Positions 24,237 through 37,509 of a stretch of 64,000 bases of DNA are shown here, one piece after another. A model generated the notes under the pieces. The model ran no database searches, was not told where the DNA came from, and saw only the letters and a list, made by a program, of their open reading frames with translations. This DNA comes from Mobula hypostoma. Taxonomy: Eukaryota. The DNA lies in contig NC_086110.1 of assembly GCF_963921235.1 (NCBI RefSeq), positions 18,104,001-18,168,000 on the forward strand. The letters run 5' to 3'. The translations under genes and the position numbers were made by a program. Each line of letters begins with the position of its first letter. Positions within the stretch are counted from its first letter, which is position 1.

Positions 24237-24878
24237 GGTCGAGGCTTTATAAGGCATTGGTCAGTCTGCACTTAGAGTATTATGAGCAGTTTTGGGCCCA
24301 TTATCTGGCATTGGACAGGGTCCAGCAGAGGTTCAGGAGAATGATCCCAGGAATGAAGGGGTTAATATACGAGGAGTGTTTGGCAGCTCTGTGCCTGTAC
24401 TTGCTGGAGTTTAAAGGAATGGGGGGGAATCTCACTGAGTCCTATAAAATATTGAAAGGCCTAAGTGAGTGGACATGGAGAGGATGTTTCCTATAGTTGG
24501 GGGAGTCTGGGACCAGATGGCACAGCCTCTGAATAGAGGGACCTCCTTTTTAAACAGAGATAAGGAGGAATTTTTTAGCCCAAGGGTTCCCAACCTGCAG
24601 TCCACGGAACCCTCGTTTAATGGTAAGGATCCATGGCATAAAAAAATATTGCCCAGAGGTTGGTGAATCTGTGGAATTCATTGTCGCAGACAGCCGTGGA
24701 GACCAAGTCACTGTGTATATTTATGAGTTTGATATGTTCTTGATTAGCAAAAGCGTCAAAATTTATGGGAGGGGGGAAGACAGAAGAATGTCGTTGAGAG
24801 GGATAATCAATTGGCCAAGATGGAATGGCAGAGCAGGCTTGATGGGCCGAATGGCCTAATTCTGTTCCCATGTCTTAC
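24237..24878 (+). mobile_element. CR1 LINE 3' fragment with a ~75-bp hAT-like MITE remnant inserted at ~24581-24652
   Basis: The ORF LHLEYYEQFW...RFRRMIPGMKGL.YEE is the CR1 RT C-terminus, followed by the CR1 3' UTR. The insert begins caagggttcccaacc, a hAT TIR-like sequence. Confidence 0.8.
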
Positions 24879-25514
24879 GTGAAAAGCTGGCAAAGATCTG
24901 GATGTGCGTTATGCTTCCTGCAGTTGAATAGCTTCCCAACATGCAGAAAGCCTTTCACTTAAATAAAAGCTGCCCTGGCACAGTAGGAAGGCTTTGCTGG
25001 TATTTGTAAAAAATAAGCCCATACCCCCAATAACAAGTCACTTCCCTCAGGGAAAGGAATAAAATTGCCAGGAAATGAAGTAATTTTGTTACTATTAGGT
25101 CTATCAGGCACTCACTTCCAATTATATCATTCTACCAAAGAGTTTTCCAAAATATTTCACACTTTTTAATTGTAGTGTTACAAGCATGGCTACCCTCCAA
25201 AATGAATAACATTGGCATTTTAGAACATCTTGAGCTTGTGAAAGCCATTACATTAATCCAACCTTGTTCTCTCATTGAACATCAAATTGCCTCAGCTGTA
25301 AATAACCACATGTTATGATTTCTCTACAAAAGCACCCTAATTAACTCGTAAAGAATAAGTAGTGTCTCAGAGAATCTGTTCCGGTGGGACTCGTAATAAA
25401 GATGGTTGGAGTAATCCAGGGTTGGAGGAGAGCACCTCTGATTTCCAACACTGAAGGTTGGGTGCAGGCCACAGATGCCCACAGGGTTAAATGCGGAAGA
25501 AACACAGTTTTTAC

Positions 25515-25609
25515 CTTGTTAATAAGTGTCATAGTGAAAACAAGCAGCTCAGAATCAGCCCCATTCTTCTCTTCCAGAATTTCAACTAAGCTCGTCCATT
25601 TCTTGGTGC
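25515..25609 (-). CDS. FHOD1: FHOD1-like formin, internal coding exon (95 bp): (C)[31 protein letters not shown]
   Basis: Acceptor attcttcAG and donor GTaaaa; phase 1 to phase 0. EEKNGAD and TLINK are FHOD1-type (FHOD3 has EEKDGVD and TLVNK). Confidence 0.93.
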
Positions 25610-25968
25610 CTGAAGAATGAATTTTAAACACTTAAATGTCAGAATAAAATATAATTTAGTTTAAATCATTATTTAATCACATGTTATTGTAAATTGTAAC
25701 TGCAAAGCTGGGAAAAATTGTATTTAATCAGAATACTAATTTCAGACACAGAGGCAGATTAATGCAGAATGACACAGATTTACGCAGTATGGTAAATGCC
25801 TTTCAGCCTATCATGTCTGTGACTGCCCTTCCATACTGGTACTAGCCCACTACTCTTTCTGCAGGTAATTACAAACATCTCCTTTTCATGTAAATTCTCT
25901 CCCCCATTTTCAAAGTTACCGCTTAATTTATATCCACCATCTTTTAAGGAAGTCCATTCTACAACCTA

Positions 25969-26454
25969 CAGTCCTAAGCAAAAGTCGTGGACACAAATAT
26001 ACAGCTAGGGTGCCTAAGACTTTGGCACAGTATTGTACCAAATGTGAAGCAGAGAGTGAGTTTGTAAACCTGGAGGGAGCAAAGGACGTTGGGAACGGCG
26101 AGGATGGAGTGCCACACAAGGGGTGACGGGCAGATGGTAGAGAAAGGGTGCTGGGGATGGGGGCGGAGGAAACACAGGTGCAGACACACCCAGCCCTGAG
26201 ACACCAGGCAAGGTCATTTGATTCCAAACAACTGGTTTGTTGATCATTACGGAATGTCTGTCTACTGCTTCTCACTCCCTCCCCTCTGCCCAAACACGAT
26301 TCCCTTTTCCCTACCCGCTTCCCACTCTCAGACCACAATAGAGACACATATAACAATCAGGTTTATCATCACTCACATGTTATGAAATTTGCTTTTTTTG
26401 TGTCATATAATGTACAATACATTATATATATATTTAAGATTTTTGCACAGTACT
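25969..26454 (+). mobile_element. Composite non-autonomous TA-targeting element, copy 1 (right mini-MITE partly deleted)
   Basis: Collinear with 30912-31428. Starts TA|cagtcctaagcaaaagtc and ends tttttgcacagtact. Confidence 0.7.
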
Positions 26455-26569
26455 CATCTGTTCCCATTTCACCTCATCATTTTCCCTGCTTCCACTCAGT
26501 GATTCAATTGCTATCAATGTAAAGCACCTTTCATTGAATTATGAAGCACCTGTATACACTTATTGTTTA

Positions 26570-26820
26570 AATTAGAAATACAGCAGAATAATAGGCCTCT
26601 CCGGTCCAACGAGTCCTCGCCGCCCAATTGCACGCACATGACCAATTAATCTACTAATGTGTACGTCTTCAGAATGTGGGAGGAAAGCGGAGCATGTGGA
26701 GGATTCCCTCACGGCCACAGGGAGAATGTACAAACTCCCTACAGATGTCAGCGGGAACTGAACCAGGATCGCAGGCACTGTAATAGAGTGAGGCTAACTG
26801 CTATGCTGCCATGCTGGCCC
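26570..26820 (-). mobile_element. tRNA-derived V-type SINE
   Basis: The reverse strand carries the V-domain (cctcccacattctgaagac) and a CR1-like tail. Confidence 0.7.
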
Positions 26821-28319
26821 CTTATAAAAGCATCTGCTTATCACACAGAGACACACTTACTGAATTATTCACCTTGGAGCCAGGGGCCCCTTCTCACAAT
26901 CCGATTTTATCCAGAATTTAATGACTTGTATTTATTTTGTAAAATTTGGGATACATAACCATCACAACAGGGGGAAAGCTCACTCACCACATCAATTCCA
27001 TGCTAACTCTCAGAACAACACCATCCCCCCTCCTCTCACACACCCATTAACTCCACCCTGATTCACCTACCCCCTACCCTGGGGGTCATTTGCAATCTAT
27101 AATTAACCTCCACCTTTAGAATGTGGAAGAACCCAGACAACACGTACGCAGACAGCACTGGAGGTCAAACAACAAATCTGGATCACTGGAGCTGTGAGAC
27201 AGCTGTGCTAACCACACGGACTGCAAAACATCATTAAAATACCCTGTTTTGTTCTGCTCCAGCAGGACTCCAAGAGCATATGGGGTAGTACAAGTACTGA
27301 TAGACTGACAGCAAGGAGGAATGACCCTACAGTGAACAGACCCCATTTTCCTGCCTTGCCTACGGTGCACTAACACTTGGAGAATCATTTCCACTTTTAT
27401 TATTTTATACAGAGCACACACAAATTCTTAAATTATATCTTTCTTTTTAAAACTGATTCCGAACTTGATTAGATGATTCAGCAATCCTAAAGGGCTTCGG
27501 AGTCAAAGTAAATTAACTATCAAAGTGCATAGATGTCACCATATACTACCCCGAGTTTCATTTTTGCAGTTGTAGACTCCTTGAAAGTGAGTCTGTAGGT
27601 TGTGGAATCAGTTCGGAGTTAAGGAGAGTGAGTTATCCATGCCAGTTAAGGGAGCCTGATGTTTGTAGGGTAGTAACTGTTCCTGAACCTGACGGTGTGA
27701 AGTCTGTGTGAAAGAATGGTCAGAGATAACATTAAGCCTTTATCCTGGGAAGAGGCAGAAATTGAGTAAAATAAACAGAAACCAACCCCAAAGAGGATAA
27801 GGTGGTCTGCTCTCTTGCCTTTTTATCAGAGTGTGTTGTGCCAGCCACTACAAGCCCTTTTATACTGTCAGGTGAAAGAAAGGTGGTTTGAAATCAACTA
27901 CACAGCCCACAATGTTGCCCTTCGTCAATGTACGGACCGGGGAAAGAGGAGGTACGAACAAACGTCAGCCCAGAGATTTCGCAAATTTTTGAACACATCA
28001 GGATCACCTCCAACAGTACAAAAGGCTTCAGCATCTGGTGAGACTGAGAGTTCATTAGTTTTCTCTCCCATCTGCCATGACTGACAATAAAGAAAACTGA
28101 CAATAGAGAAAAAGTGGGGTTGGCAATAACATCGTTCAGCTTGCCAGGAATGCAAGTTCCTGAAACTCCCTTTCGTTCACAGTCTTATTATTGTGATTGG
28201 TTTATTGTTGTCACATGTACCGAGATACAGTGAAGATCGTGCTTTGATACAGTTCATACAGATCTAATCATTACACAGAACATCTATGTAGAATAATAAC
28301 AGAGTACAGAATAAAGTAT

Positions 28320-29102
28320 ATGAAAGAGCAGATTATTATTTAAATGGTAAAAAGATTGCAGCATGCTGCTGTGCAGAGGGATTTGGGAGTGTATGTGCAT
28401 GAATCACAGAAGGTTGGTTTGCAGGAGCTGCAGGCTATCAAGGCGGCAAATGGAATGTTGGCCTTCATTGCTAGAGGGATTGAATTGAAGAGTGGGGAGG
28501 TTATGCTGCAACTGTACAGGGTACTGGTGAGGCTGCACCTGGAGTACTGAGTGCAGTTCTGGTCTCCTTACTTGAGGAAGGATATACTGGCTTTGGAGGC
28601 AGTGCAGAGGACGTTCACCAGGTTGATTCCAGAGATAAGGGACTTAGACTACGAGGAGAGATTGAGTCACCTGGGACTGTACTCACTGGAATTCAGAATA
28701 ATGAGAGGAGATCTTATAGAAACTGATAAAATTATGAAAGGGATAGGTAAGATAGAGAAAGGAAAATTGTTTCCACTAATTGGTGAGACTAGAATTAGGA
28801 GACATAGTCTCAAGATTTGGGGGAGTAGATTTAGGATGGAGTTGAGGAGGGACTGCTTTTCGCAGAGGGTGGTGAACCTGTGGAATATTTTTTCCAATGA
28901 AGCAGTGGAGGCTGCCTCAGTAAATATAGTTAAGACAAGGTAGGATAGATTTTTGCATAGTAGGGGAATTAAGGGTTATGGGGAAAAGTCAGATAGGTGG
29001 AGATAAGTCCATGGCCAGATCAGCCATGATCTTATTGAATGGCAGAGCAGGCTCAACGGATCAGATGGCCTACTCCTACTCCTATTTCTTATGTTCTTAT
29101 GT
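28320..29102 (+). mobile_element. CR1 LINE 3' fragment (same subfamily as 33906-36215)
   Basis: VQRDLGV, KAANGML, LVRLHLEY*VQFWSP and FSQRVVNLWN motifs, with a ttcttatgttcttatg tail. Confidence 0.9.
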
Positions 29103-30467
29103 AACCACCAGAGAATGTGCAATGCAGGGAAACAATAATGTACAAGATCTTAACAAAGTAGATTGTGAGGTCAACAGTTAACACAGATTGATAGAGAAAA
29201 AAGCTGCATCCCACCAGAAACACAAAATAACTTAGATACATCGGACAACAAAAGCTGACATTGCATTTCTTTTGGATTTTTCTTTTAAATATTCTTACTA
29301 GGAATAGATTTGTACCTGATATTCACCATTCCTGTGTGCACTTTCGTGGCCCATTAACAATCAAGGACAGTTTTCACCACATTCACAACAGTGACTCAAC
29401 ACAGTTTAGTTCCCTAAGACCACAGCAACCACCATCACCCACCACAGCTCACCACTCAATCCCTCCTATTACTTATCCTCAGAACCCAATCCACCGCTCA
29501 CACAACTCAACATGGTACTGGGAACGTACAGCCACTGCTCAGGCTCACAGCCGAGGTTCTTGTTTGCTATGGATGTGAGGAAATCGAGCAGAGTGGAGGG
29601 GTGCAGAATCAGCCATTACCTTATAAAATGGCGCAGTGGGTTCAAGAGACAGGAGAGTCTATTCCCAATTCCATTCTTTATTTACTGAAGCACTGCAAAC
29701 AGATTGAACAATTCTCTTTGCCTGCCTAAGTTCATGATGTAACCTTCAACAGCTAACTGGTGATAAATTCCACAATGACTGACAGAGGATCTTGGGAAAA
29801 GTGGAATCAAACATGTTAGGAGCTAACAGCTGGAACAGGGGTTGCTTCTTTCAAATTTCATATTTCCTTATGCATTTCAGCCCATTAAGTTACTGCTAGC
29901 TGCCGCTAAATGTCCTTGTAAACTTTTCTGCACACATTCACATTATCTCCTCTCAGACTCTCCCATGCCCTCATACAACTTACACTGGCCAATTAATCTA
30001 CCACAGTTTGCCCACAACTTTCTGTTGTACTTGTTCAACGTGGATGATGGTCACATCACTTTGATGTTTGTCCGGCTTAAGCAAAAGGCATCACAGTTGT
30101 GAAGTTCCTACATCTGGAGATGGATTAGTAACCTGTCTCCACCACACTTAAGTTAGCTAAGTACTGCCCTGGGGGACACAGGCCACATTTTCAGATCTAC
30201 ACACGAAATACTGCAGCCAAGAACAGCTCATCACAGGGAAAGTCGTGGGTGCATTAAATTGGTGGTGCAAGACTGTCCAAAGAAGGATTTTATTGAGCAT
30301 TTATTAATGATCAGGTTCCAAAGCATTGTGGTCACCAGACAAAGTCTTACAAGCTTAGCAGAGTTGCACACTTTCACTGGTGGAGTGAGTAACGAATGGA
30401 ATTTTAGATATTACAGAATTGAGGTATATGGGGGTAATACAAGGACATGGCATTGAAGTAAACACCA

Positions 30468-31582
30468 TTAAACCATAAACCACGGGAACAGAATTAGGCC
30501 ATTTGGTCCATTGAGTCCACATCACCAATCCATCACAACAGATCTATTATCCCTCTCAAACCTCATCCTCCTGCCTTCTCCCCATATGTCCTTCAATATC
30601 CTTACCAATGAAGAAACCAACGTCCACTTTAATGTACCCACTGGCTTGTCCTCCACAGCCGTCTGATGAACTAAATGCCACAGACTCACCACCCTCCGGC
30701 TAAAAAAATTCCTCCTCAACTTTGTTCTAAAGGGACGTCACTCTATTCTGAGGCTGCATCCTCAGGTCCTAGACTCCCCCATGATAGGAAATATCCTCTC
30801 CATGCCCACTCTTTTGAGGTCTTTCAACATCTGATAGATTTCAACAAGATCCCTCCTCATTCTTCTAAAATCCAGTGAGAACCGGCCCAGAGACATCAAA
30901 AGCTCCTCATACAGGACCTTGCAAACGGGCATATAGGCACATACGTTATAGCTGGGGTGCCTAAGACTTTTGCACAGTACTGTATTTGACAGCGTGGAAC
31001 GGAGAGCGAGTTTGTAAAACTGGCAGGTGCAAAGGAAGTTGGGAATGGCGAGGGTGCAGCACTGCATGAGGGGTGTGGGACAGGGACAGAGAAGGATTGC
31101 CAAGGCTGGGGGGTGGCACGGATGCAGACACACCCAGTCCCGGGCAAGGTCATTCGATTCCAAAAATTGGTTTAATAATCATTACTGAATGTCTCTACCT
31201 TCTCCTTTTCCCAACAATAATCCCTCTCTCCCTACCCCCTTCCTACTCCCAGACCTAAATAGAGACCCACATCAGAATCAGGTTTATCATCATTCACAGA
31301 TATGATAAAATTTGTGGGGTTTTTTTGCGGCAGCAGTGCAGTGCAATACATAAAGTTACTACAGTACCGTACAAAAGTCTTAGGCCCCCTAGCTATATAA
31401 ATGTACCCAAGACTTTTGCAGAATACTGTACATTAACCCTTTCATTCTCCTCAACCTCCTCTGGACACTCTCCAATGCTAGCATACCTTTTCTTACACAA
31501 GGGCCCAAAACTACCCAAAATACTCTGTGTCGTCTGACCAATGCCTTACAAAGCATTGATGCTTTTATATTCTAGTCCTCTC
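30468..31582 (-). mobile_element. CR1 LINE 3' fragment interrupted by the composite element 30912-31428
   Basis: Minus-strand ORFs give YEE.LMSLG.FSLDFRRMRRDLVEIYQML and RRNFFSRRVVSLW. CR1 sequence resumes after 31430. Confidence 0.8.
30912..31428 (+). mobile_element. Composite non-autonomous TA-targeting element, copy 2 (mini-MITE + core + LINE tail + mini-MITE)
   Basis: TA duplication at 30910-11 and 31429-30. Palindromic ~70-bp modules at 30912-30982 and 31362-31428. Confidence 0.78.
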
Positions 31583-31904
31583 GATCAGCCTTGACAGTGG
31601 AAAGGCACAAAAGGTGAAATGACCTTTTTTTTCTCTTTTGTAGTTCTGCTGAATAAGAGATAGAATGTAGGTCATAGATCCTGATCAGGAGGCTACAGGG
31701 AAAAGGGTATTGGAAACCATTGAGGCACTAGGTTATTAAGGGTGAGTGTTGGCACAGCTGCCCTGTGAGAACATTCTTAAAATAAGCCAGTCCTAAGCCT
31801 TTCTTTCCTCATACAAGACAGAGAACCCTCTCATGTTCTTTCTCATATCAAAGAAGTTTTTGGCATGGATCCATATTTTATGGAACATCGGTTATGAACG
31901 TTAA

Positions 31905-32360
31905 TTTCTTCAACTTCTGATAACCATTCTCTTCTGATCATCCCCTCCCCTTTGTCTTCCCTAATCCCATGGGCCCCAGCACCCCTTCTATTTCCCCTCC
32001 TCTACCCTCTGTATCAGCCCATCACACACACATTCCTCCCTCTGATTCCACTCTCTACCTGATGGTTCACGGCTCTGTCCTATCAGATTCCATCTTCTTC
32101 AGCCCTTTGACACCTCAGCCTACGCAGCTTCTTACAGTATCCCCTCTCTCCTTCTCCCTCACTGGCCTAGCTTCCCTCTAACACCAGGATCCACCTATCA
32201 CCCACCAGCTCTTGCTCCACCCCTTCCCTCCACTGGTTATCTCCCCAACTTCTTTCCTAGTCTTGATGAAGGGTCTCATCCCAAAACATCATCTGTCCAT
32301 TTCCCTCTATGGAGATTCATGACTCACTGAGTGCCTTCAACATTTTGTGCGCTGCACAAG
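31905..32360 (+). mobile_element. Old Penelope-derived 3' fragment with a degenerate hammerhead motif (~32257-32297)
   Basis: Ends the GIY-YIG ORF (MNVNFFNF*), then a pyrimidine-rich tract and tagtcttgatgaagggtctcatcccaaaacatc. Confidence 0.65.
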
Positions 32361-33093
32361 AATTTTATCTCATTATCTCAAACCTCAATCCAATTGCCCC
32401 AACCTTCTAATCCCAATAAGTATCTTAATATTCTCGTTCTCTTCACAAGTTCAAGATTTCAGTCATACAGAAGCTCAGTCCTATTGTTAAACATCCCCAC
32501 CGCCAAGTCAGTAATACTGACCCTTCCCCTGAATAATCCAAGGGGTTGTCAACAACTCCAGGTTAGTTTTACACACAACCCCTTGCTCTTTTCCTCTCAT
32601 TCAGTTCATAGTCACAACCCACAATCCAGCTGTCCATCAGGTGTGCATGGAATGACTTCATTCTGTGTTTTATCTGCCGTCATCAATGTTCTGATTCTTT
32701 TGACCCTAAAAGCTGTAAACTCAAAAAGCGGTAAATTCTTCTCAGTTTTGTTCTGAAGGGGCTCAGCAGGGTGGAATGCCCAGCTGTCAGTCACAGAACA
32801 CCGGCACAGAAAGAAAGAAGCATAGCCTGCTATCCCAAATAAGTTTAAAAGATTCACAAGTTCACTTCACATGCACTGTATTAATTCTGAACTTCAAAAT
32901 AAGTATACTCAACAACAGAGAAAAGGTCACAACCACTGTAATATTTATGTACATTAGCACCTTTGGGACTTTATTTACTCTGAAGTCGACGTTAAACTTG
33001 GATTTTGATACTCTGCTTGCTTTTCATGTTGTGTTTGGAACATCAGCACCGTCCGACGGCAGTTCTCCCTGTACCCAGTAAAATAGTACTTAC

Positions 33094-33205
33094 ATCTTTT
33101 ATCATCCACAATGTTGACAGCTTGGATCAGAAGAGCCACGTTGCTCTCTGTATATTCCACAAACACCAACAGGAGTTTCAGAGCAGTCTTCACCACCAAG
33201 CGGTG
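33094..33205 (-). CDS. FHOD1: FHOD1-like formin, internal coding exon (112 bp): [37 protein letters not shown]
   Basis: Contains the conserved FHOD motif [17 protein letters not shown]. Acceptor tctcaattccAG and donor GTaagt; phase 0 to phase 1. Confidence 0.95.
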
Positions 33206-33905
33206 CTGGAATTGAGAAACACAAGAGCAATCTGAGAGAGTGCCAGACTTTCCAGCTAACCGTACAGAGAGGGAGGGAATCATTTCAGCCTGAAAACACT
33301 AGCCTATCCAGGAGGTGGCAGGGTAGAGCAGTGTGATAAACTGAAAAGTCTCATTTTCTTTCATATAATGTGCCTGTTTTTAATTAATTGCCATCCTTTC
33401 ATGCCTGAAGTTCACACTCATTTAGTAAATGTTTCTAAGTCTATAAGGAAAAGTGGTTTACACAGTCAAAATGCAGTAAAAAGGCCTTTCAGTCCACATC
33501 TGCACTAACCATCAAGCAAACACCTAGACAAATCTCATTTCTCCTCACACATCTGCATTAACATGAATCCACCCACAATTCTCCTGCCACCTCCTCGACT
33601 AGCAGCTAATTGCCAGCCATCATGTCTTTGAGGTGCAGGTGGGAACCACAGTACCAGGGGAAACCTACACCTCACAGAGCAAACTCCACACTGTCAGCAC
33701 CAGAGATCAGGATCAAGCACAGGTCTCGGAACTGCGAAGCACCAGTGCTACACCCTTCAGGACCTTAAAGAATGTATTAGTTTTTCCTGTTGTCTTTATG
33801 AAAAAGAAAATTTTATTAACCTGTTGCACCTTGCATAAACAGACACAGTCCACTTTCCAAATTAAGGAAATCATCAACTTCAAAATTTCATACTGTGGCT
33901 CTTCT

Positions 33906-36215
33906 CTTAGTGATCTGGTAGTTCGGGATCCTCTTGGAAAGAGTGATCACAGAATGATTGAGTTTCTCCTACAACTGGAGGGTGCAATAGTTCGATCTAA
34001 AACCAGTGTATTATGCCTAAACAATGGAGACTACAATGGGATGAGGGAGGAGTTGGATAGGGTAGACTGGGAACATAGGCTATATGGTGGGACAGTTGAG
34101 GAACAGTGAAAGACTTTCAGAGAGGCTTCTCATGGTGCTCAAGAGAAATATATTCCAGCTAAAAGCAAGGACAGTAGGGGAGGGGAGAGCCAGCCATGGA
34201 TAACCAAGGAAATAAAAGAAGGCATCAAACTAAAAGTTCATGCATACAAAGTTACCAAGAGTAGTGGGAAAGTGGAAGATTGGGAAAACTTTAAACAGCA
34301 ACAAAGAACCACTAAGCAATAAAGAAAGAGAAACTAGATTATGAAAATAAACTAGCACAAAATATAAAAACAGGTATTAAAAGTTTTTATAATTATATAA
34401 AGTGGAAAAGGGTGACTAAAGTTTATCCAGGTCCCTTGGAACCCAAGAAGGGGGAATTGATATTGGGTAATGAGAAAATGGCAGAGGCTCTGAATGCATC
34501 GGTCTTCACGGTGGAGGATACGTCTAACATGCCAAAGAGAGATGTTATGGATGTGATGGGAGCTGAGGGCCCCAATACATTAGCTATCACTAAAGAGGTA
34601 GTGCTGAGCAAACTTGTGGGCCTGAAGATAGCCAAGTCCCCTGCTCCTGATGGAATGTATCCCAGGGTACTGAAAGAAATGGCAGAAGTTATAGTACAGG
34701 CTTTGGTCATAATTTACCAAAATTGTCTGGACTCTGGGCAGGTCCCAGCGGACTGGAGGATGGCGAATGCCATGCCACTGTTCAAAAGAGGATGTAGGCA
34801 AGAGGCAGGTAAATATAGGCCAATTAATTTAACATCTGTACATGAGGAGATGCTTGAAGTGGTCAGTAAAGAAGAAATAGCGAGGCATCTGGAAAGAAAT
34901 GGATCCATCAGGCAGACACAGCATGGATTCAGCAAAGGCAGGTCCTATTGGATCAACTGACTGGCGTTCTTTGAGGATGCAACGAGTGCAGTGGATAGAG
35001 GGGAACAGATGGACACTATTTACTTGGATCTCCAGAAGACATTCGATAAGGTGCCACATGAAAGATTTATCCATAAGGATGCATAGAATTGGGGGTGATG
35101 TATTAGCATGGGTAGAGGGTTGGTTAACTGATAAAAAGCAGAGAATTGGGATACATGGGTGTTACTCTGGTTAGTAATCAGTGGTGGGCAGGGTGCTGCA
35201 GGGGTCAGTGCTGGGCCTGCAATTGTTCACAATATACATTAACGATCTGGAAGAGGGGACCAAGTGCAGTGTATCTAAGTTTGCTGATGATACTAAATTG
35301 AGTGGAAAAGCAAATTGTGCAGAGGATACAGAGAGTCTGCAGAGAGATATAGATAGGTTATGTGAGTGGGCAAAGACCTGGCAGATGGAATACAATGTTG
35401 GTATATGCAAAGTCATCCACTTTGGAAGGAAAAATGAAGGAGCAGATTATTATTTAAATGGTAAATAATTGCAGCATGCTGTTGCATAGAAGGACTTGGA
35501 GTGCTTGTGCAAGAATCACAAAAGGTTAGTTTACAGGGGCAGCAGGCTATCAAGAAGGCAAATAGAATGTTGGCCTTCATTGCTACAGAGGTTGAATTTA
35601 AGAACTGGGAGGTTATGTTGCAATTGTACAGGGTACTGGTAAGGCCACACCTGGAGTACTGCATGCAGTTCTGATCTCCTTACTTGAGGAAGAATATACT
35701 GGCCTAGGAGGCAGTACAGAGGAGGTTCACCAGGTTGATTCCAGAAATGAGGGGGTTAGACTATGTGGAGAGATTGAGCTGCCTGGGACTGAACTCACTG
35801 AAATTCAGAAGAATGAGAGTAGATCTTATAGAAACATATAAAGTTATGAAAGGGATAGATAAGACAGAGGCAAGAAAGTTGTTTCCACTGGTTGGTGAGA
35901 TGAGAACTAGGTGACATAGCCTCAAGATTTGGGGGAGTAGATTTAGGACGGAGATGAGGAGGAACTGCTTTTCCCAGAGAGTGGTGAATCTGTGGAAATC
36001 TCTGCCCAATGAAGCAGTAGAGGCTACCTCAGTAAATATATTTAAGATAAGGATGGATAGATTTTTGCATAGTAGGGGAATTAAAGGTTATGGGGAAAAG
36101 GCAGGTGGGTGGAGATGAGTCCATGGCCAGATCAGCTATGATATTATTGAATGGCGGAAAAGGCTCGACGGGCCAGATGGCCTACTCCTGCTACTATTTC
36201 TTATGTTCTTATGTT
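33906..36215 (+). mobile_element. CR1 LINE, 5'-truncated (end of APE endonuclease, RT, 3' UTR), multiple stops
   Basis: LGKSDH, KSPAPDGMYPRVLKE, YRPINLTS, QHGF, QGSVLG.QLFTIYINDL and SKFADDTKL motifs, with a (ttcttatg)n tail. Confidence 0.93.
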
Positions 36216-37509
36216 CTACCAAATCAAGTCCCTGCCTCTAAGAGAAGGTGCAGAAAGATTCAGAAAAAGAAAGACAGTCAAGTCAGTAATAACTGATCAC
36301 CTGTGTTAGAACATAGAAATCTACAGCACATCACAGGCCCTATAACCTACTCTAGAAACTGCCTAGAATTTCCCTAAGCATAGCCCTTTATTTTTCTAAG
36401 CTCCATGTACCTATCAGGCAGGTACAAAAACTGTTCTAACAGGCAGGGACTGCAATAAGATTGCAGTAGACGGATCCTACCTGCTCCGTCCCTCCTGTTC
36501 CACCCTTGCAAGCCACAACTATACAAAAGACCTCAGTCCTTCGACTAACCTCTGAAAATCTCAGCACCTGCTCACTCACCCAGCAGCCACTCTGTCCTCA
36601 GAAGCTCCAACATGTCAGAATAAACAGAGCACATTTTTGGTCATTAACTGAGTGGAAATTAAATTTTTACTTAAATCATTGGTACAGACAATCAGATTTA
36701 AAATCTGATGAAGCATGTGGCAACTTTATTTACATCACCAGATTATTCTAATTTAGCAATACTTTTATTTTAAATGACTCTTTTTAAATGAATCCAATTT
36801 AATTAAGGATATATTTTTGGATACTAAAAAATTTGAGGACATCCAGCAAAATTTCTGATCTGATTAAATGAGCAACACATTGCAGCGTGCAAATTACTGT
36901 GCTGATACCTGTTCAGCCACAGTATGCACTATAGACACTGGCAACAAAGAGAAAGGTGAACTCAGATGTTTTCTCACCACCAAACTCTAGCTGCACTGAC
37001 ACATGCCTGAAACCAGCATCCTTTGTTTATAGCTCGAGGGGGACGGGGTCTACAACTCAATACTTGGGTGAGATGTGCCTTATAAACCATTTTTCAATAT
37101 GGGTGGTGCCAGAATTTTTTTTATTTGATTTCTGCCGTGAAACAAAACGTGAGTTAATACTCAACAACTCTAAATAAACCTACACTTTCTCGTCACTCAC
37201 TCATCTTGCTTGGCATTGACAGAAAAGAAGGAAAATCAAAGTACAATTTTCTTAGTCATGTTAGACTTCAATGCATCCATAGCAAGTGTCCAAAAGACAT
37301 CAGCTTATAAAGATCTCAAAACAATGCATGTTCACGTTACCATGAAATGGCTGCTTCCTGTTCAGCTGCACACAGTAACACAACATTATAAATGTCTGCC
37401 AGTCCAAGGGTGCAGTTAATATTTATTTGTGTGAGAAAAATGGATTGTTGGAGTTCTGCTGAAATGAAAACATCTAGGTTTTGACTCACTGTTTGTGGTT
37501 TGACATCAT

